DNA of 64,000 nucleotides from Thermococcus sp. Its GTDB lineage: Archaea; Methanobacteriota_B; Thermococci; Thermococcales; Thermococcaceae. Position numbers and translations under genes: made by a program. Location of the stretch: the NCBI RefSeq assembly GCF_026988555.1, contig NZ_JALSLB010000059.1, positions 21,003-85,002 of the forward strand. Reading direction: 5' to 3'. Numbering within the stretch: the first letter of the stretch is position 1; each line of letters opens with the position of its first letter. A model generated the notes under the pieces. It was not told where the DNA came from. It made no database searches and worked only from the letters and a program-made list of their open reading frames with translations. Below are positions 49,208 through 58,333 of this stretch, piece by piece.

Positions 49208-50406
49208 AGCTCCGGGCCATTAATGGGATCCTCTGGAAGGACCTGAAGGAGATAAGCAGGGAGAAAATGACGGTCTTCTGGCTCCTCGTCTTTCCGATGA
49301 TGTGGCTCCTCATCATGGGCGGAATCTGGGGACATACAAGCCCACCTGTGACGATCAAGGCTGGGGTCGTTCCACAGGATGAGGGGGCACTGGATGTTGT
49401 GACGTACATGTCCAACGTTACCCTCAACGGGAGACACCTCTTCAAAGTCACCACATTCGATGGGGAGAATAAAGCCATCAAAACCCTCAAATCTGGAGGG
49501 CTCGATGCGGTGATAATCTTTCCCAAAGGGTTCGGGAGGAACTTAACGGCGGGCCTATCGACGAGGGTCATAGTTTACTACGACAGGAGCGATCCGCAGG
49601 AGTATCAAATAGCTAGGGGTGCCGTTGACGGCTTTTTCTCGGGCTTCTCCGGGGAGGTGGGGAGTGAACGGATGAAAGCCCTCGCAGAAACCCTAAAGAA
49701 CATCCTCCCGGAGAACGTCTCCATAAGGATCGTGCCCCTTGTTGAGGGGACTGCGAAGCCGGTGTCGGTCGAGGAGAAAACCGTGAGCGGGAAAAATACC
49801 CAGCCGGTTCTCTTCTTCCTTGCAGGCGTCATGGGGATACAGTTCCTCTTCGCGACTATGAGCCTCATAGGAAACGGTACGCTGAGGGAAGTTGAGAAGG
49901 GAACTTTAAGGAGAATAGCAGCATCACCCGCGACGGCCTGGGATTTCCTCCTCGGGAAGTTCCTCTCGACAACGGTTGTAATCTTCGGGAGCATAATCGG
50001 CCTTATAATCCTCTCCAGGTTGGTTTTTGGAGCCACAATCTGGCCAAGTCCCCTAGGCTGGGCCTTCTTGCTCACGGCCGGTTTCTTCTCGATGGGACTC
50101 GGACTGGCCATAGCCATGGCAACGAGGAGCATAAGAACCACGAGCGCGGCCATAAACCTAATCTCCTGGCCCCTGATGTTCCTGGCGGGGATAGTCGTTC
50201 CACCGAGTACGCTTCCCGACTGGGCGGGGCCCTTCGTGAACTACTTCCCGGTTGGGAGAGCCCTTAAAGACTTTCGCCTGCTCGAGATTTACCACGTCTC
50301 CCCCGCGAGCGTTGCCGGGGATCTGATATCCCTCGCGGGGACGAGCCTAGCGGTTATCCTCGTGGCGATAGCGGTCTACGGATGGACGGTCAAGCAGCTC
50401 GAATGA
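49204..50406 (+). CDS. ABC-2 type transporter permease
   Basis: 400 aa. Its ATG overlaps the ATPase stop (ATGA). One N-terminal TM helix and a large extracytoplasmic loop are followed by 5 C-terminal TM helices, which is the typical ABC-2 topology. Confidence 0.8.
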   Translation: MKLRAINGILWKDLKEISREKMTVFWLLVFPMMWLLIMGGIWGHTSPPVTIKAGVVPQDEGALDVVTYMSNVTLNGRHLFKVTTFDGENKAIKTLKSGGLDAVIIFPKGFGRNLTAGLSTRVIVYYDRSDPQEYQIARGAVDGFFSGFSGEVGSERMKALAETLKNILPENVSIRIVPLVEGTAKPVSVEEKTVSGKNTQPVLFFLAGVMGIQFLFATMSLIGNGTLREVEKGTLRRIAASPATAWDFLLGKFLSTTVVIFGSIIGLIILSRLVFGATIWPSPLGWAFLLTAGFFSMGLGLAIAMATRSIRTTSAAINLISWPLMFLAGIVVPPSTLPDWAGPFVNYFPVGRALKDFRLLEIYHVSPASVAGDLISLAGTSLAVILVAIAVYGWTVKQLE

Positions 50407-50915
50407 GCCTCCCCCTCTTTTACAAACATCAAAAATTCCTTCAGGAAGAGCATCCCTGCTCCACTGTTAACCGCCTTTGGGTGCACTGAGAGGTAGAAAG
50501 TACCCCTCGTGTTTTTGAAGTCCCATTCGGCCCTCCACAGCTCCACGGGAAGCTTCCAGTAGGGGAGATACCAGGTGTACTCATGGTTTGAAATCGTGTA
50601 CTCCATGCCATTCGGCAGGTAGAGCCTGGTACCGTTGATGACGGTGAGGTTACTGGTAAGGAGAACCTCCAGTGCTCCTCTGGATATCGCGTACCTGGGC
50701 GGTATGAAGAGCTTTGGAGGACTCAGGTTCGCCGAGGTCATCAACCTAAGGGCCATTTCAAGCCGATATCTGACCTCAACGGGACTGCAGTAGAACTCCC
50801 TACCCGTGTGAGTATAAGCGTGGAGCTCTATATGATACCCTTCTTTCTCCATGGTTTTGAGGTACGCCAAAAACTGGGGATATTCCGTTATAGGATGCCT
50901 GCCGGCGTGGTCCAT
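50376..50915 (-). CDS. DUF2334 / polysaccharide-deacetylase-like protein, probably N-terminally truncated
   Basis: 179 aa. GYHIELHAYTHTGREF and KLFIPPRYAIS match the DUF2334 pattern as I recall it. The frame stays open for 41 more codons upstream (EFNPYKFFIFYSDFYSDNLREITDVISEYGFQNETYLFLI) without any ATG, GTG or TTG, back to a TAG at about 51041. Confidence 0.5.
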   Translation of the reverse strand: MDHAGRHPITEYPQFLAYLKTMEKEGYHIELHAYTHTGREFYCSPVEVRYRLEMALRLMTSANLSPPKLFIPPRYAISRGALEVLLTSNLTVINGTRLYLPNGMEYTISNHEYTWYLPYWKLPVELWRAEWDFKNTRGTFYLSVHPKAVNSGAGMLFLKEFLMFVKEGEAHSSCLTVHP

Positions 50916-51073
50916 GATCAGAAACAGGTAAGTCTCGTTTTGGAAGCCGTACTCCGATATAACATCAGTTATCTCACGAAGATTGTCGGAGTAAAATCAC
51001 TATAGAATATAAAAAACTTATAAGGATTAAATTCCTATATTTCAATATCAAAACATCGTAAGGAGGCTCCACA

Positions 51074-52462
51074 ATGTGGAGGAAGGTGCTTGGGCTGATG
51101 CTGGTTTTAGTGGTTGGAACGGCACTCGCTCAGACAGCCTCAGATTATTTAAGCGTCGAGCGGGTTAACGTTCAGGGAAATGCAAAAGTCTTTATTTTCC
51201 AGCCGCGACCGGAAGGGGGAATTAAACTCCTAAAACAAGGCTCCGTCATGGGGATTTTATCATTACAGACTGAAACAAAAACCTGGGAAAGTGTTCTTAA
51301 AGGAGAAGGGCTGAAAGCACCGCCAACGCCCGTAGCAATTTACTTTACAAAGGATGGGAAGATTGGAATCAAAAGCATAATCAAAGACAGACCTCTGCAG
51401 CTTGAAGGCATGGTAAGCATTGAGAAGGTTTTTAAGCCATCACAAAAGCCGCAACTGGAAATTCCCATAATTCTAAGAATAAGGAATACGATGAAATCGC
51501 TCCTCACGGGCAGCTCGTGTCCAAATGGCTATGAGGAGCTCAATTCCAGATACTGCATAATAGAGAACTGGGAGTATTTAAAGGACTCTTATTATGCCGA
51601 TTCAAAAACATTCACTGAGTATGTGCCCTTCATGGGGATGAAAGTCAGAACAGAAAGTTATAAGACAATTGATAAGATGGGAGCTTCATGGGGAATACAG
51701 CTGACCTCAAACACGAGAGCAATGTGGACTTTTAACCTTGATGGGGTACCGGTTATTGATTTTGGAAACTCTTACGGGAGCTCAACACTGAGAGTAAGCT
51801 ACGCTCCAAGCCCGAGCATTCCAACCGACAACGGCTACCTTGACAGGTACATAAACCTGCCTTTAAAATACGTCATCGCAACGTATAACATTCCAGTTTA
51901 CGACAAATGGAACCAACAGTATGGTACAATCCCAATTACAAGCGTTTATCCTGTACAGGTGATGCTGACCGGGAACTACAATCTCGATGAAAACAATGTG
52001 AACAGCGGATTACTGCTGACGGATTACCTTTTATCCTCCCACTTCCCAACCAGAGAAACAACAACAGAAGAAGAAGTGGTGAGAACTGATGGCGATGGGA
52101 CATACAACAATATAGTATTTGATTTCCAGGGCTCGTTTGGTTATGATTTTTACTCGACTCCCCTTGGAGGCAGCGGTTTCAACTGGATATGGAGTAAAAT
52201 TCCGGTAGTTGGAGCACTCTCAATAACCTTTGGTTACTCAGAAGGCTCAGAATCGGTAATAGCCTATAATGTAGATATTGTCCATGGAGCACCCAACCAG
52301 TACTACTACGTGACAGTTATTAAGAGAAACATAAATCTTGTGGACTCTAATAATGTTGATGTAGGGATGTACTTCACCACGGTAGATGATGGACTTGGTT
52401 CATCTCCCCCATGTATTGGAAACATCTGTCCAACCTCCATCGGGAGAGACAACACCAAGTGA
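51074..52462 (+). CDS. Orphan secreted protein (signal peptide, beta-rich, Asn/Tyr/Ser-rich)
   Basis: 462 aa with RBS AAGGAGG and signal peptide MWRKVLGLMLVLVVGTALAQ. There is no TM anchor, and four Cys fall in two close pairs. Codon usage is A/T3-rich (AAA, ATT, TTA, AGA), unlike neighbouring genes. A T-tract terminator lies at 52498-52509. Confidence 0.7.
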   Translation: MWRKVLGLMLVLVVGTALAQTASDYLSVERVNVQGNAKVFIFQPRPEGGIKLLKQGSVMGILSLQTETKTWESVLKGEGLKAPPTPVAIYFTKDGKIGIKSIIKDRPLQLEGMVSIEKVFKPSQKPQLEIPIILRIRNTMKSLLTGSSCPNGYEELNSRYCIIENWEYLKDSYYADSKTFTEYVPFMGMKVRTESYKTIDKMGASWGIQLTSNTRAMWTFNLDGVPVIDFGNSYGSSTLRVSYAPSPSIPTDNGYLDRYINLPLKYVIATYNIPVYDKWNQQYGTIPITSVYPVQVMLTGNYNLDENNVNSGLLLTDYLLSSHFPTRETTTEEEVVRTDGDGTYNNIVFDFQGSFGYDFYSTPLGGSGFNWIWSKIPVVGALSITFGYSEGSESVIAYNVDIVHGAPNQYYYVTVIKRNINLVDSNNVDVGMYFTTVDDGLGSSPPCIGNICPTSIGRDNTK

Positions 52463-52551
52463 TATAAGTGAAGGCTATGAGGAAGCGGGACATTCTGTTT
52501 TTATTTTTTAGGTTAGTTTATTCAATTTAGTTACCCGGCAAATTCTCTAGT

Positions 52552-52743
52552 TCAGAGGAGGGGATTATGGGTTCCAGGAAAAGTAAAAGATGACCCCGTC
52601 GACAGTAGAACGGAAACATCGGGACTCACGGAGGTGCCTCCGCTTGAAACCTCCCACGAAGGGGGGCAGATCAGAGTCGAGTGAACGGTGAGGACCAGAA
52701 GGAGAACCGCACCCACGGCAGCAACCGCAGTCTTTATCTTCAC
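52552..52743 (-). CDS. Candidate small secreted or membrane protein
   Basis: 63 aa with a GTG start, 38 nt downstream of the hydrolase gene on the same strand. N-terminal hydrophobic segment MKIKTAVAAVGAVLLLVLTV. Its composition looks native. Confidence 0.35.
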   Translation of the reverse strand: MKIKTAVAAVGAVLLLVLTVHSTLICPPSWEVSSGGTSVSPDVSVLLSTGSSFTFPGTHNPLL

Positions 52744-52780
52744 GGGCCACCATCTTCAGTAAAATAAAAAATTAAAAAGG

Positions 52781-53653
52781 TTACGATATCCAGCGTTCAA
52801 GGAATGCCTTAACCCGTGATTTCCACTCGTCCGGGTGGAACTTCAGGGTTCTGACGTGGGGTGCGTCGGTGACCCAGAGTTCAACGTTTGGGTTCGCTTC
52901 CCTGTTCCGCTCGTAGAACTCTTTGGCCTCCTCTGGCTTGACAAGGGGATCCTTCTCACCCGCTATGAGGAGTAGGGGTTTATTGACGTTATCGGCGTAC
53001 TCCAGCATGTTGAGTTCCCTGGCTCCGCTGAAAAGCTTCATAAACGGCTTGGCAAAGTGGTAGAGCCACTCCGGCAGGTTGGCGAAGTACTTCAGACCCC
53101 TGGCCCCCGTCCTGTCCAAGTACATGGGGGGGCTATCGGCAACACCGCAGCAGGCCCTGTCATCCTCCGCAAGCACCCTTATGGTCAGCATAGCTCCCAT
53201 TGAGAACCCGATGAAGGCAATCCGCCTGGAGTGCTCCGGCTGCTGGACCTTCAGCCAGTCCAGCGCGGAGAGAACGTCGACAATCTCGTCGATGCCTACG
53301 GTCGTGTATTTACCCTCGCTCTCCCCGTGTGCGCGGAAGTCAAAGGTAAGGACGTTGTAGCCCTCCTTAAGGAGGAACTCAGTGGTTTCCTTCATGTAGA
53401 CGTCGTCCCATCTGCTTCTGGTGTATCCGTGCAGGGGAATCACGGTTTTGTCGCTTCCGTTGGGAATCCACCATCCGCTGAGCTTCAGCCCGTCCCGAGT
53501 TTTGATAGTTACTTCCTCGTAATCGTAGCCGAGGTCTCTGGGGGTCCATCCGCCAAGAACGCGGGGGGGCTTAATCATTTTATAAGCTATGAAGGCTGTG
53601 AATCCCAGGAACAGGACAACGATTAGAATAAAGAAAAAAAGCACCCATCCCAT
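52781..53653 (-). CDS. Membrane-anchored alpha/beta hydrolase (S9 / dienelactone-hydrolase-like)
   Basis: 290 aa with an N-terminal TM helix (WVLFFFILIVVLFLGFTAFIAY). Nucleophile elbow GFSMGA, a late Asp (GEKDPLV) and a late His (APH). Confidence 0.8.
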   Translation of the reverse strand: MGWVLFFFILIVVLFLGFTAFIAYKMIKPPRVLGGWTPRDLGYDYEEVTIKTRDGLKLSGWWIPNGSDKTVIPLHGYTRSRWDDVYMKETTEFLLKEGYNVLTFDFRAHGESEGKYTTVGIDEIVDVLSALDWLKVQQPEHSRRIAFIGFSMGAMLTIRVLAEDDRACCGVADSPPMYLDRTGARGLKYFANLPEWLYHFAKPFMKLFSGARELNMLEYADNVNKPLLLIAGEKDPLVKPEEAKEFYERNREANPNVELWVTDAPHVRTLKFHPDEWKSRVKAFLERWIS

Positions 53654-53659
53654 TCCAGA

Positions 53660-54955
53660 TCACTCTCCCGTGGAAGCTTTTACCACGTCAAGGTGCTTCA
53701 TGCTCCAGATAAGCGGCAGGGCCACGAGGACGAATATGGCTCCTACGGGGAAGAGAATCTTATAGTTGCCGCCGGCGAGCTGTACTATACCACCTCCCAC
53801 CAGACCCGCTATAAGGATCGGGAAAGACTTGGTGGCTTCAAAGAATCCATAGTAGCGGCCGTTGAAGGCCTCCTTCTCGTATTTGGTTAGGAGATCGCCT
53901 ATAACCGGCCAGGAAGTGGCCATGAGCATTCCCCAGCCGATGCCCGCAAATCCTATGAGAGCGGTTACCTGAAGCTTGGTGCTGATGAACCAGCCGAAGA
54001 TGAAGGGTATCAGGAACATGATGCCGCCTAGGATTATCGATTTTCTCCTGCCGATCTTATCGTACAGGGGGCCGCCGACAACAGCACCGATTAGCACCGT
54101 GATGTTGAAGAGCGCCATGATAGCGTTTCCAAGGGCCGTGACGTTTTTCGTACCAAGCACCGATTCCAGAATCCCAAAGAGGAACACCGCTATGAACTCA
54201 AAGCTGAGCCACCAGAGCATCTGGGCAACGTAGAAGCTCAGGAAATCCCTGTCAGAGATTATGGCGCGCAGATAGTCCCAGAGGTTTTCCTCGGGGAGTT
54301 CCCCCTCAACGGTGGGTTCCCGAATGCGGAGATAGACGTAGAGGGCAGATCCAATAAGGAACACGGCAACGACGATAAACGGAATCCACAGGTAGCCCGC
54401 ATTCGCCATAGCCTTGATCCCGTTGTTTACCCCCGTAACCTTCGTGGCCTTTGCGGCCAGTATTGCTATCATCCCGAAGAGGAACAGGTTCCCCATCCAC
54501 TCGAAAAGCGTTATCACGCCGCTGGCCTTTCCGCGCTCACCGCTCCTTATAACATCCGGCATTAACGAGCGGTACTGGGCCACGAAGAAGTACATGAAGA
54601 AATAGAACATGCTCAGCACGATCGCAAAGGCCAAAAGGCGTATCTTGGCAACGTAGCTCAGGTAGATAACCAGAGCGGTGAGACCAGCGAATACCCCTCC
54701 GACAAGGATAAACGGGGTTCTCCTGCCCCGTCCTGACGAGCGAATATCACTGTAATAACCCATCAACGGGGGCACTATCAATCCCATGAGTCCCTGGAGT
54801 GACAGCACCGCACCTATCACCGCTGGTGCGTTCGTGTAGCCATTCTGGAGCAATTTAAAGGTCAGTCCCTTGTTTATTGCCCACCCTGTGCTCATACTGA
54901 AGCCCAAAAGGGCCAAACTCAGTATCATTCCCCAGCTGAACTTTCGGTCTCCCAT
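53660..54955 (-). CDS. MFS / GPH-family (glycoside-pentoside-hexuronide-like) transporter
   Basis: About 12 TM helices. The loop 2-3 motif GYYSDIRSSGRGRRTPFILVG is typical of the GPH/MFS_2 family. The start is ATG 54955 or 54964. Confidence 0.85.
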   Translation of the reverse strand: MGDRKFSWGMILSLALLGFSMSTGWAINKGLTFKLLQNGYTNAPAVIGAVLSLQGLMGLIVPPLMGYYSDIRSSGRGRRTPFILVGGVFAGLTALVIYLSYVAKIRLLAFAIVLSMFYFFMYFFVAQYRSLMPDVIRSGERGKASGVITLFEWMGNLFLFGMIAILAAKATKVTGVNNGIKAMANAGYLWIPFIVVAVFLIGSALYVYLRIREPTVEGELPEENLWDYLRAIISDRDFLSFYVAQMLWWLSFEFIAVFLFGILESVLGTKNVTALGNAIMALFNITVLIGAVVGGPLYDKIGRRKSIILGGIMFLIPFIFGWFISTKLQVTALIGFAGIGWGMLMATSWPVIGDLLTKYEKEAFNGRYYGFFEATKSFPILIAGLVGGGIVQLAGGNYKILFPVGAIFVLVALPLIWSMKHLDVVKASTGE

Positions 54956-55063
54956 CTGAACCACCTATTTACACTATATAGTCTATGTAGTCAGTAGCGG
55001 AGTTATGAACCGTGGCTTTTTTACTCTTTCGGTTTACCTTATTTTAACGGGATGCGTATATCC

Positions 55064-55086
55064 ATGGCAATCGCAAGAATTGCCAT
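55064..55086. promoter_or_regulatory. Perfect 8-bp inverted repeat (ATGGCAAT-N7-ATTGCCAT), candidate operator
   Basis: It lies in the divergent MFS / GDPD intergenic region. It sits 35-45 nt upstream of the TATA-like TCTTTATACC (55123-55132) that precedes the first GDPD gene. Confidence 0.3.
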
Positions 55087-55156
55087 ATCGATGAAGGGTA
55101 GCGGACACAAAGTTTTAAGTGGTCTTTATACCATCCAGCAGGACGTGATGGTGAAT

Positions 55157-55867
55157 ATGAAAAAGCCGATGCTGATAGGACATCGGGGCATCCGCGGCCG
55201 ACTTGAAAACACGCTTCCCGCCTTCAGGAGGGCAGTCCAGTACGCGGACGGGATAGAGTTCGATATCAGGTCCACCGAGGACGGAAGACTCGTGGTACAT
55301 CACGACCCGGTATTTCACTCCAATGGAAGGGGATACCAGATTCGTGAACTGACACTTCTGGAGATACGGCGTCTGCATCCCAACGGAAAGATAATCCCCA
55401 CGGTGAAAGAGATCTTCAGGAGGTTTCCGAGGATGTTCCTGGACGCGGACATAAAAGAGACCTCCGCCGTGGAGCCCGCACTCCGAATAGCAGAAATAAC
55501 AAAGAGCACTGAGAGAACGGTTTTCTCGTCTGAAAACCCTGAAATCGCCAAGAGACTTTTGAAGGAATGTCCAGATTGTAAAGTTGGATTCTCTATTGTG
55601 GGTTACTCTTCGTCCCTTCGCCTCCCCAGGATAAAAGGTCTCTACTCTGTACACGTGCCGATAGACGCTGTTTCCTACATCGGATACCACCAGCTTGCTG
55701 TTCTTCTGAAAACCCTCAGAAAGCGCGGGCTTAGGATCTACCTGTGGAACTACAAGATGGACGAGCTCTACTGGGTTCCCCGGCTTTTCCAGCTAGTCGA
55801 CGCCGTCATCTCAGACAACCCGGCCAGGTTGAGAAAGGTTTTTACGGGTTCATGGGGCATGAGGTGA
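55157..55867 (+). CDS. Glycerophosphodiester phosphodiesterase (GDPD) 1
   Basis: 236 aa from the ATG at 55157. GDPD motifs are present: [18 protein letters not shown] and [19 protein letters not shown]. Confidence 0.85.
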   Translation: MKKPMLIGHRGIRGRLENTLPAFRRAVQYADGIEFDIRSTEDGRLVVHHDPVFHSNGRGYQIRELTLLEIRRLHPNGKIIPTVKEIFRRFPRMFLDADIKETSAVEPALRIAEITKSTERTVFSSENPEIAKRLLKECPDCKVGFSIVGYSSSLRLPRIKGLYSVHVPIDAVSYIGYHQLAVLLKTLRKRGLRIYLWNYKMDELYWVPRLFQLVDAVISDNPARLRKVFTGSWGMR

Positions 55868-55880
55868 GGGTGATTCAGCG

Positions 55881-56621
55881 GTGGAGAAGAAGGTCCTAGT
55901 GCTAGGCCATAGAGGATATTCAGCCAAGTACCCTGAGAACACACTTCTGGCTTTCAGAAAGGCTATTGAGGCAGGTGCAGACGGAATCGAGCTGGACGTA
56001 TGGATGAGCAGAGACGGAGAGGTCGTGGTCATTCACGATGGAACCGTCGACCGAACCAGCAATAGGAGTGGTAAGGTAAAGGAGATGACCCTGGAGGAGC
56101 TGAGGGAACTTGACTTTGGGAACGGGGAGAGGATCCCAACCCTTGAGGAGGTCTTCGATGCGGTTCCTGAAAACGCCGTGGTGAACGTTGAGATCAAAGA
56201 CGTCGACGCCGTCAAGAGAACCGCCGAGATCATAGGGAACAACGACCCATCGAGGGTTGTGGTATCTTCGTTTCTACTCGATGCCCTGAGGGAGTACAGG
56301 AAGCATGACCGCGAGACCAGGCTCGGGATACTGATCGACAGGGAGGAGGCACTCGTCCAGCTTCCAACCCTCATCTGGGAACTCAGGCCATGGTCCCTCA
56401 ACCCGCCTATAGACGCGATGCCCATACTGGGTGTCGATAAGACCATCAGAGCGCTTCGGATGGCAAAAGGTGCGGGACTTGAGGTCATACTCTGGCCCCT
56501 CAACGACGATGCCTACTACACCAACGACAATCTGGTTCGCCTCGGTGGGCTCTTTGACGGGGTCATAACCAACGACATCGAGAGGATGACATCCTACCTC
56601 AAGGGACTTGGACTCCGGTGA
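55881..56621 (+). CDS. Glycerophosphodiester phosphodiesterase (GDPD) 2
   Basis: 246 aa with a GTG start. GDPD motifs are present: [19 protein letters not shown] and [19 protein letters not shown]. Confidence 0.9.
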   Translation: MEKKVLVLGHRGYSAKYPENTLLAFRKAIEAGADGIELDVWMSRDGEVVVIHDGTVDRTSNRSGKVKEMTLEELRELDFGNGERIPTLEEVFDAVPENAVVNVEIKDVDAVKRTAEIIGNNDPSRVVVSSFLLDALREYRKHDRETRLGILIDREEALVQLPTLIWELRPWSLNPPIDAMPILGVDKTIRALRMAKGAGLEVILWPLNDDAYYTNDNLVRLGGLFDGVITNDIERMTSYLKGLGLR

Positions 56622-56670
56622 AACCGAATCCCTAATATACCTCTTGCTTTTTCTTCATCCTTGGTGGGTG

Positions 56671-58155
56671 ATGATGGACAGGTACATCCTTTCCCTCGAC
56701 GAGGGAACGACCTCCGCAAGGGCCATAATCTTCGACAGGAACAGTGAGGTTCTCGGAGTTGGTCAGTACGAATTCCCCCAGTACTATCCAAAGCCGGGCT
56801 GGGTGGAGCACAACCCAGGGAAAATCTGGGACGCCCAGCTCAGGGCCATAAAGACAGCCATTGAACGCGCTAACGTAGAACCGGGCCAGATAGCGGCAAT
56901 TGGGATAACCAACCAGCGAGAGACCACGATGATCTGGGACAAACGCGGTAAGCCACTCCACAACGCCATAGTGTGGCAGTGCCGGAGAACGGCGGAGATG
57001 ATCGAGGAGATAAAGCTGGAATACGGGGACGTGATAAAGGAGAAGACCGGCCTCATTCCGGACGCCTACTTCTCGGCCAGCAAGCTGAAGTGGCTCCTCG
57101 ATAACGTTCCGGGCCTGAGGGAGAAGGCGGAAAAGGGGGAAGTGCTCTTCGGAACGGTCGATACGTTTCTAATATACCTGCTTACCGGTGAGCACGTAAC
57201 CGATTACTCCAACGCCTCAAGGACAATGCTGTTCAACATAAAGAAGCTTGAGTGGGACGACGAGTTACTTGAGATCTTCGGTATTCCCGAGGGCGTCCTT
57301 CCGGAGGTGAGAGGATCAAGTGAAATCTACGGCTACACCAAGAAGGATCTCCTCGGTGCGGAGATCCCAGTGAGCGGGGACGCCGGCGATCAACAGGCGG
57401 CGCTGTTCGGTCAGGCTGCCTTTGAAACCGGTATGGTCAAAACCACCTACGGAACCGGAAACTTCATCCTCGCCAACACCGGAAAGATGCTCCTCTACTC
57501 CGACAACCTCCTAACAACCATCGCATGGGGTCTGAAAGGGAAGGTAAGCTACGCCCTCGAAGGGAGCATCTTCATCACGGGAGCGGCCGTTCAGTGGCTC
57601 CGTGATGGGATAAAGGTTATCAAGAGGGCACCGGATACTGAGGAGTTAGCCGCAAGTCTAGAAAGTAACGAAGGGGTCTACTTTGTGCCGGCATTTGTGG
57701 GGCTGGGTGCCCCCTACTGGGACCAGTTCGCGCGCGGACTGATAATTGGGATAACACGCGGAACGGGGAGAGAACACCTAGCGAGGGCAACGCTTGAAGC
57801 CATAGCCTACCTGACCAGAGACGTCGTCGAGGAGATGGAGAGACTCGTGAGTATAAAGGAGCTCCGTGTTGACGGTGGAGCAACCGCGAACGACTTTCTC
57901 ATGGGCTTCCAAGCAGATATACTCAACAGACGTGTTGTCAGACCCGTAGTGAAGGAGACAACGGCCCTCGGTGCGGCTTATCTGGCGGGGCTGGCCGTCG
58001 ATTACTGGGAGAGCCTGAGCGAGATAAAGAACCTGTGGAGGGCGGAGAGAGTCTTCGAACCAAAGATGGACAAAGAAACGCGGGATAGACTCTATCACGG
58101 CTGGAAGGAAGCGGTGAATAGAGCGATGGGCTGGGCAAAGGTTGTCAATACTTGA
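56671..58155 (+). CDS. glpK: Glycerol kinase
   Basis: The start follows GGTGGGTGATG ([22 protein letters not shown]). FGGY family motifs are present ([30 protein letters not shown]). Confidence 0.95.
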   Translation: MMDRYILSLDEGTTSARAIIFDRNSEVLGVGQYEFPQYYPKPGWVEHNPGKIWDAQLRAIKTAIERANVEPGQIAAIGITNQRETTMIWDKRGKPLHNAIVWQCRRTAEMIEEIKLEYGDVIKEKTGLIPDAYFSASKLKWLLDNVPGLREKAEKGEVLFGTVDTFLIYLLTGEHVTDYSNASRTMLFNIKKLEWDDELLEIFGIPEGVLPEVRGSSEIYGYTKKDLLGAEIPVSGDAGDQQAALFGQAAFETGMVKTTYGTGNFILANTGKMLLYSDNLLTTIAWGLKGKVSYALEGSIFITGAAVQWLRDGIKVIKRAPDTEELAASLESNEGVYFVPAFVGLGAPYWDQFARGLIIGITRGTGREHLARATLEAIAYLTRDVVEEMERLVSIKELRVDGGATANDFLMGFQADILNRRVVRPVVKETTALGAAYLAGLAVDYWESLSEIKNLWRAERVFEPKMDKETRDRLYHGWKEAVNRAMGWAKVVNT

Positions 58156-58333
58156 CACTCCCACCCCTTATTTTCAAGTTGATGTACATTACAGCACATT
58201 AAAACCATGATCATGTCTGTCCTACCCCCTAATGTCCAAATCGGTTCTCTCATTTCCCTAAAGGCAAACTAAAGGCAGGGGAAAGCTTTAAAACGGATAA
58301 AACTCTTTCTCGATATGAATTGGAGGGAGAAAA

